A DNA stretch of 64,000 nucleotides from an uncultured Pseudomonadota bacterium (GTDB lineage Bacteria > Pseudomonadota > Alphaproteobacteria > UBA9219), in NCBI GenBank assembly GCA_903875345.1, contig CAIQVS010000210.1, positions 11,861-75,860 on the forward strand. The letters are read 5' to 3'. The notes under the pieces are model-generated. The model did no database searches and was not told the origin of the DNA. It saw only the letters and a list, made by a program, of their open reading frames with translations. The translations under genes and the position numbers were made by a program. This document shows positions 29,888 to 39,259 of the stretch, one piece after another; position 1 is the stretch's first letter, and the number at the start of each line of letters is the position of its first letter.

Positions 29888-31009
29888 ATGATTCGGCGCT
29901 TCCTCCTTCTGTTTTGTATGGGCCTTGTTTTCACCGCGCTCGTGCCACGTCACGCGCATGCCGATGACGCCAAGCAAAAACTGCAACAGGTCGAAAGCGA
30001 ACTCGACCAACGCAAGCAAAAAGAAGCTGCGCTGAATGCGGAGGCGCAACGCGCCAGCGAAACGCTGAAGCCCTTGCAACAGAGATTGATCGCGGCGACC
30101 GAAGCGCTGAACGCGAAGCAGGACGAGGAGCAAAACCTTGAGGACAAGCTCGACGATTTGAACGCCGACATCGATTCCAAGACTAAGCAAATGCAGGAGG
30201 AGAAGCATAAGCTGATCCTGCTGACCGATGCGCTGATCGAGTTAAGCCGCGAGCCGCCGGCGGAGTTGCTGCTGCAAACCGGGTTGACGCTCGATTCCAT
30301 CCATCGCACCATTTTACTGCGTTCGGTTCTGCCCAATATCCATGAGGCGACCGACACCATCGCCCATGACCTCGCGGCGCTGAACGATCTGAAGGCCGAA
30401 GCCGATCGGCAGCAACAGCGGGTTGCGGCGGTCGAGGCGAATTTACAGGCGCAACGAGGCGATCTCGACCAGCTGGTGCGAACTCGTCAGGGGTTGCTCC
30501 AGCGCACGGAGAAGGAACGCGAAGAAACGGCGGCGGAACTGGTTTCGCTCGCAAGCCAAGCGCAGGATTTGCGGCAGTTGCTGGCGCAGCTTGCGCCGCG
30601 TCACGGCGGCAAAGCGCAGCCGGAGCCGGAGGGACTATCTCCGGCGCTCAAATGGCCGGTCGCGGGACGGATTATCCATTCCTATGGCGACAGGGATGCC
30701 GACGGCGTTACCAGCGATGGCGTCAGCTTCGCCGCGTCTTCGGCTGCGCCGGTGGTGGCGCCGCGCGCCGGACGGGTCGTCTTTGTCGGACCGTTCAAGG
30801 GCTATGGCCAGATCATTATCCTGCAGCATGGCGGCGGGTATCACAGTTTTCTGGCGGGGCTTGGGCGCATCGACGCGGAAATGGGGCAGGAGGTCGAAAC
30901 CGGCGAGCCGCTTGGCGTCATGCCGCTGGATGCCAAAGGCCACCCGCAGCTTTATTTCGAATGGCGGCGCAACAACGAGCCCGTCAATCCGGCGGCATTC
31001 AAGCCTTGA
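29888..31009 (+). CDS. EnvC-like murein hydrolase activator (coiled coil plus M23/LytM domain)
   Basis: It has the signal peptide MIRRFLLLFCMGLVFTALVPRHAHA, Q/E/L-rich coiled coils and a C-terminal GVSFAA...GYGQIIILQHGGGYHSFLAGL M23-like domain. Confidence 0.85.
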   Translation: MIRRFLLLFCMGLVFTALVPRHAHADDAKQKLQQVESELDQRKQKEAALNAEAQRASETLKPLQQRLIAATEALNAKQDEEQNLEDKLDDLNADIDSKTKQMQEEKHKLILLTDALIELSREPPAELLLQTGLTLDSIHRTILLRSVLPNIHEATDTIAHDLAALNDLKAEADRQQQRVAAVEANLQAQRGDLDQLVRTRQGLLQRTEKEREETAAELVSLASQAQDLRQLLAQLAPRHGGKAQPEPEGLSPALKWPVAGRIIHSYGDRDADGVTSDGVSFAASSAAPVVAPRAGRVVFVGPFKGYGQIIILQHGGGYHSFLAGLGRIDAEMGQEVETGEPLGVMPLDAKGHPQLYFEWRRNNEPVNPAAFKP

Positions 31010-31058
31010 TGCGATGTCTTCCGGTCGGCGGCAGCCGCTGCGTCGAAGCAAATGACGA

Positions 31059-31499
31059 TCAGGATTGGCTTGGCTCAATGAGCCATTTCTGCATAACGAC
31101 GCGCGGAATGGCTTCGAACCCGATGCGGTTATAAAACTCAACAACCTTCGTGTTTGTTTCACGCACCAGCAACATCACTTTGACTATGTTGCGCTCTTCC
31201 AACCAGTGTTCGGCAGCGGAGACCATACGACGCCCTGTGCCAAGACCTTGCTGCGCGGGATCGACAGCGACGTAGTAAATCCAGCCGCGATGGCCATCGT
31301 GACCGACCATAATACTGCCCACAATATGGTTTGAAGCATCAACACCCAGTAGGATCTCCGAGTTCCCTTTGCCGAGGGCAAGGCGATAATCCTGCGCGGG
31401 ATCGTTGTAGCTGGCGGTCAGGCCGCAAACACGCCAGAGGCCGATAACCAAGTTTTCATCTTCGGCGGTTGCGGCGCGAATAACAATGTCCGCAGACAC
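31059..31499 (-). CDS. GNAT family N-acetyltransferase
   Basis: 146 aa with VAVDPAQQGLGTGRRMV (acetyl-CoA motif A). It begins 3 nt after the nusG stop. Confidence 0.85.
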   Translation of the reverse strand: MSADIVIRAATAEDENLVIGLWRVCGLTASYNDPAQDYRLALGKGNSEILLGVDASNHIVGSIMVGHDGHRGWIYYVAVDPAQQGLGTGRRMVSAAEHWLEERNIVKVMLLVRETNTKVVEFYNRIGFEAIPRVVMQKWLIEPSQS

Positions 31500-31502
31500 A
31501 GC

Positions 31503-32096
31503 CTAGACCTTTTCAACCTGACTGTATTCGAGTTCGACCGGCGTGGCGCGGCCAAAGATCGAAACGGAGACCTTGAGGCGCGCTTTGGCTTCGTCGACAT
31601 CCTCGACGGTGCCGTTGAACGAGGCGAAGGGACCGTCGGCGACCCGCACTTGCTCGCCAACCTCGAACGTAACCGAGGGTTTCGGATGTTCGATGCCTTC
31701 GGTAACCTGATTAAGAATCCGTTGCGCTTCGGCCTCGGTGATTGGCGCGGGCTTGCCGCCGCCGCCAAGAAAGCCCGTTACCTTGGGCGTGTTCTTGACC
31801 ATGTGCCAGCTCTCGTCCGTCAATTCCATCTTGATCAGGACGTAGCCGGGGAAGAATTTGCGTTCGGCATTGACCTTGGCGCCACGGCGAACCTCGACCA
31901 CTTCCTCGGTCGGCACCAGAATTTCGGAAAAGAAATCGCCGAGGCCTTTTTTCAGGGCGCTTTCACGAACCGACTCGGCGACCTTTTTCTCGAACCCCGA
32001 ATAAACATGGATAACGTACCAGCGGTGCTTGGCGTTGGACGCCGGAGCAGCGGCTTTGCCCTCCGCCGTCTTCGAAAGTGTCGTTGCGTCGTTCAT
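31503..32096 (-). CDS. nusG: Transcription termination/antitermination factor NusG
   Basis: It has [15 protein letters not shown] (NGN) and a KOW motif ([21 protein letters not shown]). It shares an ATGA overlap with secE. Confidence 0.95.
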   Translation of the reverse strand: MNDATTLSKTAEGKAAAPASNAKHRWYVIHVYSGFEKKVAESVRESALKKGLGDFFSEILVPTEEVVEVRRGAKVNAERKFFPGYVLIKMELTDESWHMVKNTPKVTGFLGGGGKPAPITEAEAQRILNQVTEGIEHPKPSVTFEVGEQVRVADGPFASFNGTVEDVDEAKARLKVSVSIFGRATPVELEYSQVEKV

Positions 32097-32317
32097 GAAT
32101 TCATCCCCAAAATGCGGCTGATGGCGAAGCCAAGAGCGGTGTCGATTCCAAAAAAGAAAGCGCCGGTGATTAACGCCATGGCGATGACCATCACGGTCGT
32201 CGTCACGGTTTCCTTGCGTGTCGGCCAAGTGATCTTGGCGATTTCCGCCCGTGCTTCGCGCACAAATTCGGCGAAGCTAAATTTCTTGCCGACCGTTTTT
32301 TGTTCATCCGTACTCAT
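32093..32317 (-). CDS. secE: Preprotein translocase subunit SecE
   Basis: 74 aa with KITWPTRKE followed by a single TM helix. It lies between tRNA-Trp and nusG. Confidence 0.9.
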   Translation of the reverse strand: MSTDEQKTVGKKFSFAEFVREARAEIAKITWPTRKETVTTTVMVIAMALITGAFFFGIDTALGFAISRILGMNS

Positions 32318-32397
32318 GCGTTCTTCCCATCATAATTCTTGTTTCCGTCGTAGGCACATAGGCGGGCTCGCCCGAAACGTGCGCCGCGAACAAAGAC

Positions 32398-32473
32398 TGG
32401 CAGGAGTGGGGGGACTCGAACCCACAGCCCCCGGTTTTGGAGACCGGTGCTCTACCAATTGAGCTACACTCCT
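32398..32473 (-). tRNA. trnW: tRNA-Trp (anticodon CCA)
   Basis: The reverse complement folds as a cloverleaf: acceptor AGGAGTG/CACTCCT, anticodon arm CCGGT-CTCCAAA-ACCGG, T-loop TTCGAGT (one T-stem mismatch) and an encoded 3' CCA. Confidence 0.92.
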
Positions 32474-32707
32474 ATCGTCACCATCCACCCATAGTTCCCC
32501 GTCCGGCGGATCGCGCCGGACTGAACAAACCAACTTATAGGGGACGTGGACATTTAACCTAATTCAGCAAGATACACCAGAAAAAAACGTGGCCGCATCG
32601 TTCGTCATAACGCATTGGAATATATGCATCATTTTCTTGAGCGAAGGCGTGTTCCGAGGCGAAGTCCTTCGTTGCGGAACGGTAATGGGCGAGGTTTTCT
32701 CGGCGGA

Positions 32708-33196
32708 CTATCCCTCGTCGGGCATAAATTTGATCGCGGCGCCATTGTTGCAGTAACGCAATCCCGTCGGCTTGGGGCCGTCGTTGAACACATGGCCCTG
32801 ATGACCACCGCAACGGGCGCAATGATATTCCGTGCGCGGGATGCCGATCTTGGTATCGGTCTTGGTTTCGATATGGTTCGGGATGACGTCATAGAAACTC
32901 GGCCAGCCTGTGCCGCTGTCGAATTTCGTTGTGGACGGAAACAATGGCAAGTTGCACGCGGCGCAGACGAAAATCCCCTTGCGATGTTCATTCAACAAGG
33001 GGCTGGTGCCGGGGCGTTCCGTGCCTTCATGCCGCAAAACTTCATACTGTTCGGGACTGAGTTCCTTTTTCCATTCTTCGTCCGGTTTCATGATTTTCTC
33101 CACGGTTTCGCTGGCGAAAGACAGTCCGTCTTGACCCAACACGGTAAGCGCGGCAAGGAAAGAAAAAAACCGCCTGATAAAAACGCGCCGCTGCAT
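32708..33196 (-). CDS. msrB: Peptide-methionine (R)-S-oxide reductase MsrB with N-terminal export signal
   Basis: It has two CxxC pairs (CAAC, CARC) and GHQGHVFNDGP. The N-terminus MQRRVFIRRFFSFLAALTVLG looks like a twin-arginine or Sec signal. Confidence 0.9.
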   Translation of the reverse strand: MQRRVFIRRFFSFLAALTVLGQDGLSFASETVEKIMKPDEEWKKELSPEQYEVLRHEGTERPGTSPLLNEHRKGIFVCAACNLPLFPSTTKFDSGTGWPSFYDVIPNHIETKTDTKIGIPRTEYHCARCGGHQGHVFNDGPKPTGLRYCNNGAAIKFMPDEG

Positions 33197-33221
33197 GTTT
33201 GACTCCGCTTCGACAGAGTTT

Positions 33222-34619
33222 CTAAAATCCGGTTGCGATCCGTTCAACCAGCTGCTTGACGGTCGGAATGAAGCCGTTGGCATAAAAAGGATCGCTGGCA
33301 AAACGATAGGCGTTGTGTCCGGCGAACATCAGCTGGTTTTCGACATCGCCGTCGTGGCTGATATTCTGCAGCGTCTTTTGAATGCAGAAAGAACGCGGGT
33401 CGGGTTTGCGTCCCGTCGTTCCGGCTTCATTCTGCGCCCAGTTCGAGAAATGGCACGCCGACAAACAGCCCATGCAGTTGATTTGATCGGCAAGAATGCT
33501 TTGGGCGCGTTTGGGGGTCACAAAAATCAGCGTGCTGTCCGGCGTGCGAATGGGCTTGGAAAATCCCTGACCGACCCAAGCGCCGACGCGCTGCGTGTCC
33601 CCCGCCGTCAGATACACGGGTTTGCCCACGGCGCCGACCTGAAAAGGAACGGTATGTTCGCCAACTTGATCAAGCGCATAGGCAACCTGTCGCTCGGAGC
33701 GTTCCTGCAATTCTTTCAGGAAGGGATTGCTGACTGCCGAGGAATAAAACCCTGTCGGCGAAAACCTGTTGAGGTAAATGTCGCCTTTTTTCAACGTCAG
33801 AAGTCTTTTTTTCCAGGCGTCGGAAATCGGGCTTTCCTCTGTCAGCAACGGACGCGTGCCGAATTGAAAGGCAATCGGACCGATTTCGGGGTTGTCGAGC
33901 CAATGCTCCCATTCCGACAACCACCACACGCCGCCCGCCATAATGATGGGCACATTATCAAGTCCCCATTCTTTCATCTGCTTGCGCAAAACGACGATGC
34001 GCGGATAGGGGTCTTCAGGTTTTTTCGGATCTTCGCTGTTGGACAGGCCGTTGTGCCCCCCCGCCAGCCAAGGATCTTCGTAAACGACGCCGCCGAGCCA
34101 ATCGCGGAATTTATGATAGGAACGCAGCCATAACGCCCGGAACGCGCGTGCGGACGACACGATCGGATAATAATGGATTTGGTAGTGCGCCGAAATTTCG
34201 GCAAGCTTGTAGGGCATGCCAGCGCCGCAGGTCACGCCGTTCACAAGGCCTTTGGCGCCATCCAGAACACCTTGAAGAATCCTCTCGGCGCCGCCCATTT
34301 CCCACAAGATGTTCATGTGGATGCGCCCCTGCCCGTTCGCCAGCTCATGGGACTTTTGCGCCTGCGCGATGCCGCCCTGAATGGCAAAAGCCACCAGCTC
34401 CTCGTGCCGTTCGAGGCGGGTCCTGCCTTTGTAGATTTGCGGCAGCGACCGCCCCTCGGCATCGTAGGTATCGGCGTTCACGCCGGAAAATGTGCCCACG
34501 CCGCCCGCCGCCGCCCAAGCGCCGGAGCTTTCGCCGTTGGACACGGAAATACCCTTGCCGCCCTCAATCAGGGGCAACGCTTCGCGACCGGAGATCAGAA
34601 TGCTGTTCAAGGCTTTCAC
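33222..34619 (-). CDS. Nitronate monooxygenase/FabK-like FMN-dependent oxidoreductase family protein
   Basis: 465-aa long-form NMO-like TIM barrel with motifs GGKGISVS, VTCGAGMP and IIMAGGVW. Confidence 0.7.
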   Translation of the reverse strand: MKALNSILISGREALPLIEGGKGISVSNGESSGAWAAAGGVGTFSGVNADTYDAEGRSLPQIYKGRTRLERHEELVAFAIQGGIAQAQKSHELANGQGRIHMNILWEMGGAERILQGVLDGAKGLVNGVTCGAGMPYKLAEISAHYQIHYYPIVSSARAFRALWLRSYHKFRDWLGGVVYEDPWLAGGHNGLSNSEDPKKPEDPYPRIVVLRKQMKEWGLDNVPIIMAGGVWWLSEWEHWLDNPEIGPIAFQFGTRPLLTEESPISDAWKKRLLTLKKGDIYLNRFSPTGFYSSAVSNPFLKELQERSERQVAYALDQVGEHTVPFQVGAVGKPVYLTAGDTQRVGAWVGQGFSKPIRTPDSTLIFVTPKRAQSILADQINCMGCLSACHFSNWAQNEAGTTGRKPDPRSFCIQKTLQNISHDGDVENQLMFAGHNAYRFASDPFYANGFIPTVKQLVERIATGF

Positions 34620-34681
34620 GTAAAAATTCCTTTCAGACGGACGCAGAATTATAGGCCGATCGGGGGGGGATGACTAGCTAT

Positions 34682-35440
34682 TTAGAGGGATTTTAAAACT
34701 GTCGCCGGATCATCCGAAAACACGGCGCTGACACCCCACTGCAGCAATTCCTTGACCCGCGCCGGTTCATTGACGACATAAGCCAGAACCGCCTTACCGC
34801 TTTCTTTCAGCGTTGTCACCCGGTCGCGGGTTAATGAATCGGCCTTAAGATGCAGGCTATAAGCCTCGCAGCGTTTCGACAACTCGGCCCAATCCTCGCG
34901 CCATTCATCGAGCAAAAGCCCGCGCGGACATTCGGGTTGCAGATTCGCCGCGATGATCAGAGCCTCGACATCGAAACTGGAAATCAAAGGCGGCGGAGCT
35001 TTTTCCGGCCAGATTTTCGAAAGCTCAATCAGCGCGACCATGACCGTGGCGCGGGTGCGTCCCGGACAAGGCTTCAATTCAAGATTGAGCCTCAGGCTTT
35101 CTGCGGCGACAAAACGAACAAGATCCGACAGCATCGGCACGCGCTCATTTTCATAAGCAACATCGAACCAGCTTCCGGCGTCGAGTTGGCTCAGATTGCT
35201 CCAGTTGATGTTGGCGACAAACCCTTTCCCGTTGGTTGTGCGGTCAAGCGTCTCGTCATGCATCAGGATCGGCACGCCGTCATAGGTCAGCTTGACATCG
35301 GTCTCGACCCACAACGCCCCGTCTTCGCGGGCGCGACGAAAAGCCGACATCGTGTTCTCAGGCGTCCGCGCGCTGGCGCCACGATGCGCGATGACTGGCG
35401 GGTCGAAAACAATCGACGATGTTGGAGGAAGATCCAGCAT
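34682..35440 (-). CDS. Glycerophosphodiester phosphodiesterase
   Basis: It has IAHRGAS..PENT, ETDV and HDETLDRTTNG motifs. The start is ATG 35440. Confidence 0.88.
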   Translation of the reverse strand: MLDLPPTSSIVFDPPVIAHRGASARTPENTMSAFRRAREDGALWVETDVKLTYDGVPILMHDETLDRTTNGKGFVANINWSNLSQLDAGSWFDVAYENERVPMLSDLVRFVAAESLRLNLELKPCPGRTRATVMVALIELSKIWPEKAPPPLISSFDVEALIIAANLQPECPRGLLLDEWREDWAELSKRCEAYSLHLKADSLTRDRVTTLKESGKAVLAYVVNEPARVKELLQWGVSAVFSDDPATVLKSL

Positions 35441-35475
35441 GCTTAAAACGCAAGGGTAAAAGATAAACGGGACAT

Positions 35476-36885
35476 TCAAACTCCTTCGGGACCGCGCAGC
35501 ACCCATTTTCCACGACGGCGCAAAACCAGAACGTAGTATAAAGCCGCAACGAGCATCATACCTCCCGTCGCGATCAGGCTTGGGAGACCGACATCGGGAT
35601 CAAGAGTGTTGGCATAGATGACGTAGCCAAGTCCAATCAAAGCGATAATCGGCGGCCAAGGATACCATGGCATCCGGTAATGCCCATGCGCTGTTTTGCC
35701 CTTGCGGCGACCGGCGATGACGGCAAAACACAACGCGGCATAAATCACGATAATGCCCGTTCCCGTCAGTACCAGCAGGAAATTCATAGGAATCAGACAT
35801 CCAAGCGCCGCCATGAAGCCGCAAACCAGCGTCGCAACCCAAGGTGAATGGAATCGCTTATGCACACGCACCAGCGCACGATTGACGCTTTTCGACCAGA
35901 CATGATCGCGGCCGCTACTGAACAGTTGCCGCGCTACCATAATCAGGAACGCGATGTTGGCGTTGACGATGGCCAGCGCGATGCCGAGGCTGACGATGGT
36001 GTTGAGCGTGTCGCCGCCGCGCGCGCGAATGAAATCGCTGAACATGTTTTGCGAACCGAGCAACGCGCTCAAATCCGGCGTGCCAAGAAGCACGGCGACA
36101 ATAGGGATGACCTCGGCGACGCCGCCGATCAACAAGGCCAGCAGGATCGTGCGCCCGACATGCTTCGGCGCATCGTGCATCTCCTCGCCGAGGTAAACGG
36201 CGTTGCCGTAACCGTTGTAGGCAAAGTTGGCGACGACTGTTGCGAGCCCCAAGGCTCCGATAGATACCGGCGCCAGAACGCCGCCGTCCAGATGCATCGG
36301 GTGGGTGATAAAATCCATAAAAGGTCTGCTGACATGCAGAAAACCAAGCGTCGACAGCGTGATCAGCGCTAGCATCTCGATCAGCAGAAAAACGCCGGTC
36401 ACGATGGCGTTGGTGCGGATGTTCAGAATGCCGCACAAGGTCGTGAAGACAACGCAGCCTACCCCCGCCACAACCGGCGACAGATCGGGCAACAGGACGC
36501 CGAGATAATTCCCCAGCCCCATCGCGACAACCGCCGTCGTCAATGTGAGCGTCGCAAAATTTACGCCGAGAATAATAAATCCCGGAAAAGGTCCAAGCAG
36601 CCGTGCCACAATCGCGTACTCGCCGCCTGTCAAGGGAAAGGCCGAGGACAATTCGGCGTAGGTCAGGGCGGTAAAGACATTGATAATCGCGGCCAGAGCA
36701 AAGCTGAGAACCGCCCCCGTTCCCGCCTGCTGCACGACGCCGGGCGCGATGATGAACACCGACGCGGCGGGCGTGATTGAGGACAGGGTCAAAAACAGCG
36801 CCCCCATCAGTTTCATGGTGCGTTTTAACTGCGGCGAGGTTTTTATCTCAGGCAAGGCGTGTTCAAGAACGTTTTCGGTGCCCAT
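35476..36885 (-). CDS. APC-superfamily amino acid/polyamine permease
   Basis: About 12 TM segments, with an N-terminal LKRTMKLMGALFLTLSSITPAASVF pattern. A GGGAGA SD precedes ATG 36885. Confidence 0.88.
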   Translation of the reverse strand: MGTENVLEHALPEIKTSPQLKRTMKLMGALFLTLSSITPAASVFIIAPGVVQQAGTGAVLSFALAAIINVFTALTYAELSSAFPLTGGEYAIVARLLGPFPGFIILGVNFATLTLTTAVVAMGLGNYLGVLLPDLSPVVAGVGCVVFTTLCGILNIRTNAIVTGVFLLIEMLALITLSTLGFLHVSRPFMDFITHPMHLDGGVLAPVSIGALGLATVVANFAYNGYGNAVYLGEEMHDAPKHVGRTILLALLIGGVAEVIPIVAVLLGTPDLSALLGSQNMFSDFIRARGGDTLNTIVSLGIALAIVNANIAFLIMVARQLFSSGRDHVWSKSVNRALVRVHKRFHSPWVATLVCGFMAALGCLIPMNFLLVLTGTGIIVIYAALCFAVIAGRRKGKTAHGHYRMPWYPWPPIIALIGLGYVIYANTLDPDVGLPSLIATGGMMLVAALYYVLVLRRRGKWVLRGPEGV

Positions 36886-36939
36886 GCGATTCTCCCTATT
36901 TTCTCCTCTTGCCACCTGTTCCAATTGTAGGGCGGCGTC

Positions 36940-37088
36940 ATTCCGCAAAATTTTCTTTTCGAACCGCGCAGCGGAGCGAAAGAAAATTTGTGCGGAATCC
37001 GATTTGTCATTTCATAGAGCTCAACAGAAAATCAGATTCCGGACAAAATCGCATTTTTGCAAGAGCAAAAAAGCGATTTTTCCGGAAT
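36940..37088. repeat. Two tandem long hairpins (ATTCCG...CGGAAT type palindromic elements)
   Basis: In hairpin 1, 36940-36961 pairs with 36977-36998. In hairpin 2, 37036-37060 pairs with 37065-37088. Both are flanked by GTCAT/ATGAC. Confidence 0.55.
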
Positions 37089-37179
37089 GACATGCTCTTT
37101 TTGGCAATTTGAGGGAGGGCAAGATTTTCTTGTTAAGCGGCATAGGCTTTCGTCGGAATTTTGGCTAGATACTATCCGC

Positions 37180-38244
37180 ATGATGATCCTCGGCCTTGAA
37201 ACCAGTTGCGATGAAACGGCGGTCGGTATTGTTAATGACAATGCCGATACGGGTCGGCGGATTCTTGCCAACCGTGTCGCCTCGCAAATTGTCGAGCATC
37301 GCCCCTATGGCGGCGTTGTGCCGGAGATTGCGGCGCGCGCGCATCTGGAACGGATCGACGATCTGGTGCGGCAAGCGCTGGCGGAGGCCGGAATAACGTT
37401 TGCTGACCTAAGCGGTGTCGCCGCGACGTGCGGTCCCGGCTTGATCGGTGGAGTCATGGTCGGCGCCATGACCGGCAAGGCCATTGCCGCCGCCCGCCGT
37501 TTGCCCTTTATCGCCGTCAATCATCTGGAGGCGCACGCGCTGACGGCGCGCCTGACCCACGATGTCGCGTTTCCCTACCTGCTGCTGTTGGTCTCTGGCG
37601 GTCATTGCCAGTTGCTTCTGGTGAGGGGTGTTGGCGCGTATCAAAGACTCGGCACGACGATGGATGATGCCGTCGGTGAATGTTTCGACAAATGCGCCAA
37701 GCTGCTCGGCCTCGGTTATCCGGGTGGCCCCAATCTCGAACGCGCCGCTGAGAAAGGCGATCCGAAAGCTTTCGATCTTCCACGACCGATGCTGGGACGG
37801 CCGGGATGTGATTTTTCTTTCTCCGGCCTCAAGACCGCGCTGAGGCTTGCGGTTGCCGATCGCCTGACACCCCAAATCGTTGCCAATGCCGCCGCAAGTC
37901 TGCAATCCGTCATCGCCGATATTCTGGTTGACCGGACGGATCGTGCCTTCGGTATGGCGCGCGCGATGAATGTCACACCCTCGGCGCTGGTCGTCGCGGG
38001 CGGAGTTGCCGCCAATCAAACTATCCGCGCAAGGCTTGACGCGCTGGCCAACCGCGCGGGAATTCCGTTCGTCGCGCCCCCCGTCGCGCTGTGCACCGAC
38101 AACGGCGTGATGGTGGCGTGGGCGGGACTGGAGCGTTTGCGGCTTGGACTAACCGATCCGCTCGATACGGCATCGCTCCCACGCTGGCCGCTTGACATGC
38201 TGACAGGAGTTGAGGCCGTATCAGGGATACAGGATGGAACATGA
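37180..38244 (+). CDS. tsaD: tRNA N6-adenosine threonylcarbamoyltransferase
   Basis: It has MMILGLETSCDETAV, GGVAAN and the HxxxH metal site (VNHLEAH). Confidence 0.95.
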   Translation: MMILGLETSCDETAVGIVNDNADTGRRILANRVASQIVEHRPYGGVVPEIAARAHLERIDDLVRQALAEAGITFADLSGVAATCGPGLIGGVMVGAMTGKAIAAARRLPFIAVNHLEAHALTARLTHDVAFPYLLLLVSGGHCQLLLVRGVGAYQRLGTTMDDAVGECFDKCAKLLGLGYPGGPNLERAAEKGDPKAFDLPRPMLGRPGCDFSFSGLKTALRLAVADRLTPQIVANAAASLQSVIADILVDRTDRAFGMARAMNVTPSALVVAGGVAANQTIRARLDALANRAGIPFVAPPVALCTDNGVMVAWAGLERLRLGLTDPLDTASLPRWPLDMLTGVEAVSGIQDGT

Positions 38245-39257
38245 TGCGCCTTTCTTTCAATCACTTCGGCATTATCGGCGCGGGCGCATGGGGCACGGCT
38301 TTGGCCGCGACGTTGGTGCGCGCCGGTCGGCAGGTCACGATCTGGGCGCATGAACCGAACGTTGCAGCGGCTATTAATCAGCAGCATGAAAATACGATTT
38401 ACCTGAAAGGCGTCGCGCTCGACCCGGCGCTAAAGTCGACGTCCGATCTGGATAATCTTGCGTCATGCGACGCATGGATTATCGCCTGTCCGGCGCAACA
38501 TGCGCGGAGGATAGGAGCGAACCTTGCGGAGATGGCGAGAGCGGATGTTCCTCCGCCGCCCGTTATCATCGCCGCCAAAGGGATCGAACAGAAAACCTCG
38601 GCGTTGATGGGCGATGTCGCGGCAAGCGTCCTGCCCGGCCACCCTCTGGCCGTGCTGTCGGGGCCTAGCTTTGCCGCCGAGGTTGCGCGAGGATTGCCGA
38701 CGGCTCTGACCTTTGCGATCAAGGATCGTGCCTTGGGCGAGAATCTGGTGCGGGCGATGGTGACGCCCGGTTTTCGTCTTTATCTCAGCGACGACGACGT
38801 CGGCGCCGAAATTGGCGGTGCGGTCAAGAACGTGCTGGCGATTGCGTGCGGCATCGTCGCCGGGCGCAAGCTGGGCGAGAACGCCCGCGCTTCGATCATC
38901 ACGCGCGGGCTGGCGGAAATCCTGCGGCTTGGCCTTGCGCTCGGAGCGCGCGCGGAAACCTTGATGGGGCTGTCAGGGCTCGGCGATCTGGTGCTGACCT
39001 GTTCCAGCCCGCAGTCGCGCAACATGTCGCTTGGCATCGCGCTCGGCGAAGGCAAGGCGCTCGCGGATATTCTGGCGTCCCGCGTGAGCGTTGCCGAGGG
39101 CGTGACGACCGCCGCCGCGACGCTGGCGCTGGCGAACAAGCATCATGTCGAAATGCCGATTATCGCCGCCGTCGATTCCGTGCTGAACGGCTCTATGAAT
39201 ATCGACGACGCCATTGCCGGATTGCTGTCGCGTCCGCTGAAAGCCGAAGGAGCTTGA
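38241..39257 (+). CDS. gpsA: NAD(P)H-dependent glycerol-3-phosphate dehydrogenase
   Basis: It has IGAGAWGTALA Rossmann and GGAVKNV motifs. It shares an ATGA overlap with tsaD. Confidence 0.95.
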   Translation: MMRLSFNHFGIIGAGAWGTALAATLVRAGRQVTIWAHEPNVAAAINQQHENTIYLKGVALDPALKSTSDLDNLASCDAWIIACPAQHARRIGANLAEMARADVPPPPVIIAAKGIEQKTSALMGDVAASVLPGHPLAVLSGPSFAAEVARGLPTALTFAIKDRALGENLVRAMVTPGFRLYLSDDDVGAEIGGAVKNVLAIACGIVAGRKLGENARASIITRGLAEILRLGLALGARAETLMGLSGLGDLVLTCSSPQSRNMSLGIALGEGKALADILASRVSVAEGVTTAAATLALANKHHVEMPIIAAVDSVLNGSMNIDDAIAGLLSRPLKAEGA

Positions 39258-39259
39258 GC

